A DNA stretch of 64,000 bases, taken from positions 5,456,001 to 5,520,000 of the forward strand of contig OZ218951.1 of the NCBI GenBank assembly GCA_965112735.1, given 5' to 3'. The notes beneath the pieces are model-generated. The model was not told the origin of the DNA. It did no database searches and saw nothing but the letters and a program-made list of their open reading frames with translations. Positions 56,549-64,000 of the stretch are shown piece by piece. Both the position numbers and the translations under genes were made by a program. The DNA is from Phaeosaccion multiseriatum. Taxonomy: Eukaryota; Protista; Ochrophyta, other classes. Within the stretch, counting starts at the first letter, position 1. Each line of letters opens with the position of its first letter.

Positions 56549-59500
56549 TCAACGCCGGGCGCTGTCTTTCGGACAACAAGACTCACAATTGGCAAGCAGG
56601 CCTCCTCCTCCCTCCCGTGCCATCGCATTCCCCGGTGGGGCGGAGGGGGGCTGCCCAGTGGCCACCGCAAGCTTCTTGTACAGCTGCTCGGCCAAGGGGG
56701 CCGCCTCTTTATACGCCGCCACCTGCTCCAAAGAACGCCTGTTCTTCGCCGTCAAGTTATCAATCTCTAGCATGGCCTTGTCAAGTTTGGCCTGCAGCGT
56801 CGCAATCTCCCTGGCTGCCCCGCCCCCCGCCACCGCCGCTCCTCCTGCCACCCCGGCTGCTGTCGCCCCCCCCATCCCCTCTCCCCTCTCTGCCTTTTGC
56901 ACTCTCGCATCGATGGCCGCGAGCTTGCTCTCGAGGTCAAGAATCCTCTCCAGCGCAGGGTCGCCCTTCCCCTTGAGTATCTTGTTGACTTCCTCATCCA
57001 CCATGGCTGCTGCCTCATCATCCTCGTCGAGATCAAGATCAGAACCCCCGAGTGCCGCTGTGCCCGCCGCAAACGCGGTGGAGCTCCTGGACTTGACTCC
57101 ACCCCCAAACCCGCCGCCTCCAGTCGCGCTCCTCTCTCCTACAGCCGAGGCGCCTTGTGGATTTCCCTCCCGTGCTTGGGTCACCACCATGCTAGCGGCT
57201 CGTTGGGTCCCCAACCAACGTGCCTCTGCTTCCTTCCTGAGCTGCTTCTCTCTCTCAAGCTGCTCTGTGAGGGCCGCCATCTGTGGGTCTGGCTCGATGA
57301 GAGTCTGGCTGGAGCCTCGTGCGTCGAGGGCTGCTTTGCCTGCCATCACCCTCGGGTCCGTGGTCGAGAGTGTTCTGTGGTTGTTGCACGGTGGGTGGAG
57401 GGTTATATAGTGATACACAACACATGTTGCACTTGTTGGGCCTGATTGGGTGGGGCCAACATCACAAGCCCTTGCTACGCCCAACACACAGGGCAAGGAC
57501 TGAGAGAGGCGATTACGTGCCCGCCCCTCACAAGACAAAGAGAGAGAGAGAGAGAGAGAGAGGGAACACAAGACAGAGACAAGAGAACAAAAGAACGACG
57601 AGAGACAGAGACAAAAGACAAGTGACAAAAGACAAAAGACAAAAGACAAAAAGAAAAAAAAAGGCAGAGACACTCACGATCGCACGGCCGGCGGATTAGG
57701 GGGCATGGACTGCATGCCCGAGCCCCCCCGGGGAGACTTCTTCTGTGGTGCTCCCGGAATCGGTCTTGGGCTGGTAGGCCCCCCACTGCTCTCTTCCTCC
57801 TTGGATTTGAGCATTTCGTGCATCGCAGCAGAGGCAGAGTTGGCAGTGTTGCGCTGTATCGCCAACGGGGCCAGGAGGGTCCCTGTGGCCGTGGTCAGCA
57901 TGTCTGGCGAAGGCTTCTTGTTGGCCATATCACCAACCCTCTCAGCTCCATCTCCTGCCGCCGACGCCATCCTGTTGAGCTGCTTGTTGATGCGGTTGGT
58001 GAGGACGATGGACTGGATGGAGCTGCGAAATTTGCGCTTCATGTTGAAGGTGCGGAACTCAATGAGACTCTTAGTGAGGTCACGTCCTTCCATATCTGCC
58101 ATGGGGGCGGCGTCTTCGTCAAACCAGGGGTGGTCCAGAGCCTTTTGGGGGGGGGAGGGAAGGGAGGATTAGGTGATGTCTTTCCTCTCCTCACATGATG
58201 TGATGTTCTGTACCTTGTCACACGTTACCTCCTTCCCTCCTCTCCCTCTCTCCCTCCCTCCCTCCCTCCCTCCGCCCTTTCCTTGCCTTACCTCTAAGCA
58301 GGTGATGCGCTTGTCGGCGTTAAGGTCAAGCATCTTGGTGATGATGTCCTTGGCCTGGAGGGACACCTGTTGGTGATACAACAGATACAACACAGCACAG
58401 CAAAGCAGTCGGCGATACAGCAAGTACATACATACTACCAGTTCGTATATATACACTCCACTCCCTCACTGACTTAGTGCCTCACCTGCTCAAAGAACTC
58501 TTTGTGGAACTCGAAGCTCCCCCTGCATATGCGACGCACCACCCTGTTATGATCGTCCTTGAGCTGCCCGGTCTTGGCACGGTACCGCTTGAAAGCTGCG
58601 TACGTACGGTGGGGGGGGGGATGGATAGCAGAGAATGTATGGCATGGGATGGCAGTGGATGGATGGCAGGGGATGAGGAGGGGAGGGGCAGTGAACCCGT
58701 GGGAAGGGTCAGCAGGGCGGGGTCTACTGCCATCCACTAAAGGTGATGGCTTTCCATTACTCACTCCCACCCACTGCCATCCACTGCCATCGACTAACGG
58801 TGATAGCTTTCCATTCCTCACTCCCACCCACTGCCATCCACTGCGGTGCACTCACGATGATAGCCGCCGAGGAGGATGAAAGCGATGACGCCGACAGCGA
58901 ACACGTCCGTGGACATTTTGTAAGGGAAGCCCTTGAGCAGCTCGGGAGAGCAATACTCGGGTGTTCCACACATGGTGCGCATCTCCCGGTCCTTTTGCAC
59001 TCTATGGAGGGGGGGGGGGGAAGCGAAGCAAGGCAAGGCAAAGTGTCGGTCAGAGGGCAAGGTCGCCAAGTGCCATGAAAAGCGAAAGCAAAACGCAAAC
59101 ACAAAGCAGAGCAGAGCACAGCAAAGCATAAGAAAGCCCAAGGTCCAAGGGGGAGGAGGACATTGCCTCCTCGTCCTCCACCATTACCACCACCTCCTCC
59201 TCCTTCTCCTCGTCATTCTCCTCCTCCTCATCCTCCTTCTCCCCCTGCTGCCGTATCACCAACTTGCTCCTTCACCTCTTGGCCAAGCCGAAGTCGATGA
59301 GCTTGATGCGAGTGTCCTCCGTTGCGCTCTCGAGCACAAGGTTCTCGGGCTTGAGGTCACGGTGGCACACCTGAGTCAGTCCACAGATCACAGATGGCAG
59401 GAAAGATCAAATAGTTAGGTTATCAAAAGAGAGATATAATCAAATGGCAGGTCAAGTCAGACCAAGGCCAGGTCGTGTTTGCTTGCTTGGCGCGGGTGCA

Positions 59501-59961
59501 TCAACAGAAGAGAAGAAAAGGGGGGGGGAGAGAAGATGGGGAAGCAAGTTAAGCAAGCCGCTCACACCCAGCGCTGTCAAGCAAGGCAACACCGCTGTCA
59601 AGCAAGGCAACACCGCTGTCAAGCAAGGCAACACCGCTGTCAAGCTCTCCACCAACCCCTATGCTGTGCCACTCCGTGACGAACGGACGGACAAAGGGGG
59701 TGAGAGTCTTGAGGAGGACAGTGTTGACTTTATGATATATTTCCTTGTTTCGAAATGTGCGTGTGCCGTACTCACATTGGATGAGTGCGTATAGGCTATG
59801 GTCTCCAGTAAGATGCGGATGGTCTGGCGAGCGTTCGCCTCCGAGTACGTCTCGCGCTCCACGATGCGGTCGAAGAGCTCACCCCCTATGGCAGAGGCGG
59901 AGGGAAGGATGAGGGGCAGGGGCAGGAGTGTGGGGGTCGGTGAACGGGTGGTGTGGGGGGG

Positions 59962-60002
<41 letters not shown>

Positions 60003-61115
60003 CGCGTCTGTGCATATATGTGTGGCTCTGCGCGCTGTGTGTGTGCGTGTGCGTGGGTGTGTGCGCTGTGACATACCCGGCACGAGCTCCATGACGAGGG
60101 CGTATGCATTGGGCAGCTCGAAGAACTGTTGAAAGGCCACGATGTGCGGGTGGCGCAGCTGCTCCAGAATCTCAACCTTCTCGAGGGGGACGGAGAGAAG
60201 AGATGGAGAGAGAGAGAGGGGGAGACAGGGACAGGGGTTGGGAGAGACAGAGGGAGAGAGAGGGAGAGAGACGGTGCGCGATGTGTGAAAGAGAGACAGG
60301 GTCAGGTAACGAGAGGGTGAGCGAGTGGGGCGAAGATCAAGTGCTGCCTAATGAAGAAATACGTGATGGAAGGGCATGTCGGGGGGGCAACAGCAGAAGA
60401 AGCAGCATGCCATGTGATCAGGCGGGTCAGGTCATCCTGTCTTCCCACTCGGTGGTTCTGCCCCATGGCCTGCGTACTTGGCTCGTGTTTGTCGGATGTG
60501 ATGTGCCTCAAAGAGGACAAATAAAGAGACGCCCAAACCCCCTGTGTTTTTGCTGTGTGTGTGCTGCGCATAGCGTGTGTATCACTCACCTCCGCCAGCA
60601 AGAACTTGACTCGCGTCTCTCCATCCAAGTCGCCCTCTCCCTTCGCCTTGTCCACGAGCTTAAGCGCATATTGATAGCCATCGCTCTTTTTCGTGCACGA
60701 GAAGACGGTGGCAAAGGCCCCACGGGCGATTTCCTTCCCCGGCGTATAATTGGAGAGGATCTGCCTCACAGCAGAGTGGGCAATGCACACGGGGTGGAGA
60801 GTAAAGCGGGGGGTTGTTAGCAGCAGTGCAATTGGGGCTGGGGGGGGGCATGCACCAGGGGAGAGGTTCCGTGCCCCCTCGTGGGCGAGCAATATCATCA
60901 GTTGAAGTGAGCTTCGGTAATCAGTCTCTCCCTCCCTCACTCCCTTTGCGACTACAGCAAATTCATAGCAGCAGCAGTAACTGCAGAAGGAGCACGAAAC
61001 TGCTGCCCATAAACCAGAGCACCCCAAGCCACCCCCAACTCCGCTCTCCGCCCCTCCTCTTCATCTCTCATGTTACCTCGTCCATGGACGGCTCCTTCTT
61101 CTTCTTCGCAACCAT
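56549..61115 (-). CDS. CaMK-group Ser/Thr kinase with C-terminal coiled coils, at least 11 exons
   Basis: Spliced motifs [67 protein letters not shown], and CaM-binding-like [11 protein letters not shown]. The 3' end is uncertain because of a possible extra donor at ~56585. Confidence 0.92.
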
Positions 61116-62665
61116 GGCTATACTTCGATGTGAGCGACGCTCCAAGGCAATGCAGAAAGTGAAGGGGGGAGCGAGTGAGCAGCAAACAATACAATAGCGT
61201 TGTTGTCGTAAAGGGGAAAAATCACGGTGAGGACCGAGCAACTGCATGCAATGCATCTTACGTAATCTTTCGTATATCTTCTCCTTCCTCTCATTTTTTT
61301 CCGCGGCCGGCACGCTATCCGCTATCGCCGGCGCCAGCCGGCTGGGGGGGGGGGGGGGTGTTGTTGTTGGGGCGTGCTATCCGCTGTCGCCGGCGCCAGC
61401 CGGCGCGCTATCGAGAATGTGGGCGATAGTGTATCAGGGGTCGAAACTAGCATTTTTAGCATTAGCATTTTAGCATAAGCATAGGGCCTAAGCATAGGGC
61501 CTAAGTCAAGGCCGGCTGACGCCGACGGTAGCAGGTAGCAGGTAGCAGGTAGCACGTCAGGGGTCGACTCTTCTCCATTCCGACTCCCTGATGAGTCCTT
61601 GAGCTTCTCGAAGCTTCAGCTACGGCAGCCAGGGAGCTCGTTCCTCCTCAGATGCCTATGCCTGATGTATCATGTGTGTATTTAGTTCGGAAGTCCCTGC
61701 CATTGGGGACGTCCCTTTCGGTCCGATGGTTCCCCACGATGCGGTCTGTCCCACGAGGACGAGGGGCCGCGCATTTAACAGCGTCCTCACCCCCCCCCCC
61801 CCCCCTTCCCATTTTTTTCAGAGACACTGACAGCACCGTGCTCCTCTTGACAAAGTAGTCTGTGCTCTCATCCATCCATCCTGAGGAAGGGAAGGCCAGA
61901 GGGACTGAAGAAAGCCTGAGCAGCCACACTCTCGACACTCAAAACGCTTCGCATCCTTCCCTAAACTCCTTCCCTCCCTCCCTCCCTCCATTGGCATGCC
62001 TGTACGAAAGCTCCCATTACGAACCGTGTCCTCCTCCTCCTGCTCTATTAAGTCAACCCGTCCTCTCCTCCAAGCCATAGAATGCCGTCTAACACTCTCT
62101 CTATAGTGAGCGCACAGCCGATGAACAACATTCAATACAACCGACACTCACACAACAGGGGCCATCCCCTCCCCTCCTCACCCATCATCACACACATGTA
62201 TTGTTTGCACCCGCTGTCCGACAGCCGCAGTGCTGTTTGGCCCGAGACCCCGCCTCCCCTCCCCCTCGTCCCAGACATTGGTCCCTCGGTCCCTCGGCCG
62301 CCGTCGTCCGTCCCTCTCGTGGTGCTGCCTCCGCTGTACATGCACCTCGACCCCCCCCAGTGCTGCCCTCTACACTTTTGCATGCTATGAACAGCCCCAG
62401 AGCAGGGAGGGAAGGAGGATCGGTGGATGGGTCACCAACCCCACCAACTCTCTCAGGGCTCCACCACCTCCCTCGCACCTCAACCCTCACTCGGTCGCTC
62501 CCGCGCTCCGTGTAAGAAAAAGTACGGTGCCTTGGCCTTCACTTGCTCCTTCTTTCTAATGTCGGTTACACCTGCTCAGGGCGAGCTTGGCGTTGGTCAC
62601 ACCTGCTGCTCTTCTTCCTCCCCGACCTCACTCGGCGTCCGCCTCAACGCCCGCAGCCCCACAGC

Positions 62666-63988
62666 TCAGGCCTGCCCCATGACGCGGGCCTCCTTCTGCC
62701 TCAGGTCCTTGTCCTTGTCATCTGCTGCCATCGCAGACGAGGAGTCAGAGTCGCTCTCTATTTCGCCGTGCCCCCCCGTAGAGGAGAGGGGCGGCTCCTC
62801 CGTAGCAACAGGAGCGGTAGTTGCAGAAGAAGGGAGCCCCGCTTCTATCCGTGGACGTTTCCTGCAGCCTGTCATGTTCGGCGAGATTTTGGGTCCTGCC
62901 ACAAAAGCAGGAGTAGGAGTAGGAGTAGGAGTAGGAGCAGCAGCGGCAGCGGTAGAGGCGTGGCACGCAGCAGGGGCAGGGACTACAGCAGGAGCAACAG
63001 CAGCGGCGGCAGCGGCGTCGCGTGCGTCAGGGACAGCAGCTGCGGCTACCGGGAGTCGTGCGAGGCTGCTGCTGCTGCCGTGCCCGTTGGTCAGCCCGTT
63101 GGTCAGCCCGTTGGTCAGCCCGTTGGTCAGCCCGTTGGTAAGCCCATTGGTAAGCCCATTGGTAAGCCCGTTGGTCATACCCGGCCCCACCCCCCGCTTC
63201 ACCTCTGCCCACTCAGGGGAAGACACAGCTATCCGCCTGGGGGACAGAGGCAAAGACGAAGTCGGAGGCTTGGGCAGGGCCGGTGGCGCCGGGGTCAAGG
63301 GGGCGGGGCAGGGGAGGGGGTGGGTGCCCACTGCGGCCCCTCCGCCTCCTACGCCTCCCGCCAGGGGCTTGGCTTGCCTCTGACCCTGACCAATGCCCGT
63401 GCCCACACTGAGCGGCGGATTCTTCTTGGCAGGCACAGCAGCAAGCCTACTCGCAGAAGAAATAGAGGGAGAAGCCGGTCGGGAATTGCTCAGAAGAGGG
63501 GGCACACGCAGCAGGGACGGCAGCGGCAGCCCGCCGGGGCGCAAACTCGATGGCACTGCAGAAGGTATCGACGCGCTCATCACGTTGCACCTGGGCACGC
63601 TCGTTTCATGCTCCACACATAGCTCTCCAATCAGTGGGCGCTTGTCGCACCCTTCCACGATGCAGGCCGCCCAGGTGCCCTCGTGTTCATGCCTGAGGCA
63701 CAGCCCCCCTTGTCGGGCATCCCGCTTGCACTCCTCCACACTGCACCGCTTCCTCGCGCCTCCGTGGAGCAAGCACCGGCCCATATGCACCGCTCGCTTC
63801 TCGCAGCCCTCTGCGCTGCATGGGTACTTCTTTACCACCGCCCCATGCTTGATGCACAACCCCCCTTGCTGGACCTGCTTGTCGCACCCCTCCGCCTGGC
63901 ATCGCCTCCGTTGGCCCCCGTGCCTCATGCATGCTCCACCCTTCTTGGCGTACTTCTCACACCCCGGGTGCTTGCAGGTGCTGGGCAT
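62666..63988 (-). CDS. Protein with ~5 C-x4-C...GGxCxxHG zinc-finger repeats (WRKY19-like N-terminal repeat type) and a low-complexity tail; may extend beyond the window
   Basis: CKHPGCEKYAKKGGACMRHGG, CQAEGCDKQVQQGGLCIKHG and similar repeats. A 12-bp repeat at ~63086-63177 encodes (TNGL)n. Confidence 0.85.
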   Translation of the reverse strand: MPSTCKHPGCEKYAKKGGACMRHGGQRRRCQAEGCDKQVQQGGLCIKHGAVVKKYPCSAEGCEKRAVHMGRCLLHGGARKRCSVEECKRDARQGGLCLRHEHEGTWAACIVEGCDKRPLIGELCVEHETSVPRCNVMSASIPSAVPSSLRPGGLPLPSLLRVPPLLSNSRPASPSISSASRLAAVPAKKNPPLSVGTGIGQGQRQAKPLAGGVGGGGAAVGTHPLPCPAPLTPAPPALPKPPTSSLPLSPRRIAVSSPEWAEVKRGVGPGMTNGLTNGLTNGLTNGLTNGLTNGLTNGLTNGHGSSSSLARLPVAAAAVPDARDAAAAAAVAPAVVPAPAACHASTAAAAAPTPTPTPTPAFVAGPKISPNMTGCRKRPRIEAGLPSSATTAPVATEEPPLSSTGGHGEIESDSDSSSAMAADDKDKDLRQKEARVMGQA

Positions 63989-64000
63989 CTCTGCTCCACC

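Overview
Gene-dense, GC-rich eukaryotic nuclear DNA with GT-AG introns full of simple repeats. Several genes encode a signal peptide followed by a Phe-initiated plastid transit peptide, pointing to an alga with a secondary red plastid, most likely an ochrophyte (inference). I reconstructed about 15 genes by hand: an FNIP-repeat protein, an unknown 2-exon gene, a PP2C phosphatase, a plastid Q/A-rich repeat protein, a ~2,500-aa 53BP1/Rad9-like tandem-BRCT protein with a BAH-like tail, two ankyrin proteins (one with a BTB-like domain), an 18-exon adenylate kinase-phosphoglucomutase (AK-PGM) fusion, a lumenal FKBP, a plastid membrane protein, a La-motif protein, a PAO/TIC55-family Rieske oxygenase, NPL4, a CaMK-type kinase and a Cys/His zinc-finger repeat protein. 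The main novelties are (1) the in-frame AK-PGM fusion, (2) a dispersed DNA word, CTGTATCACCAACTG, with >20 exact core copies on both strands in exons, introns and UTRs, (3) the BRCT-BAH architecture, and (4) repeat-built introns, including a five-fold tandem duplication of a splice acceptor. All exon boundaries were derived manually and no database searches were run. I saw no rRNA, tRNA, CRISPR array or intact transposase.
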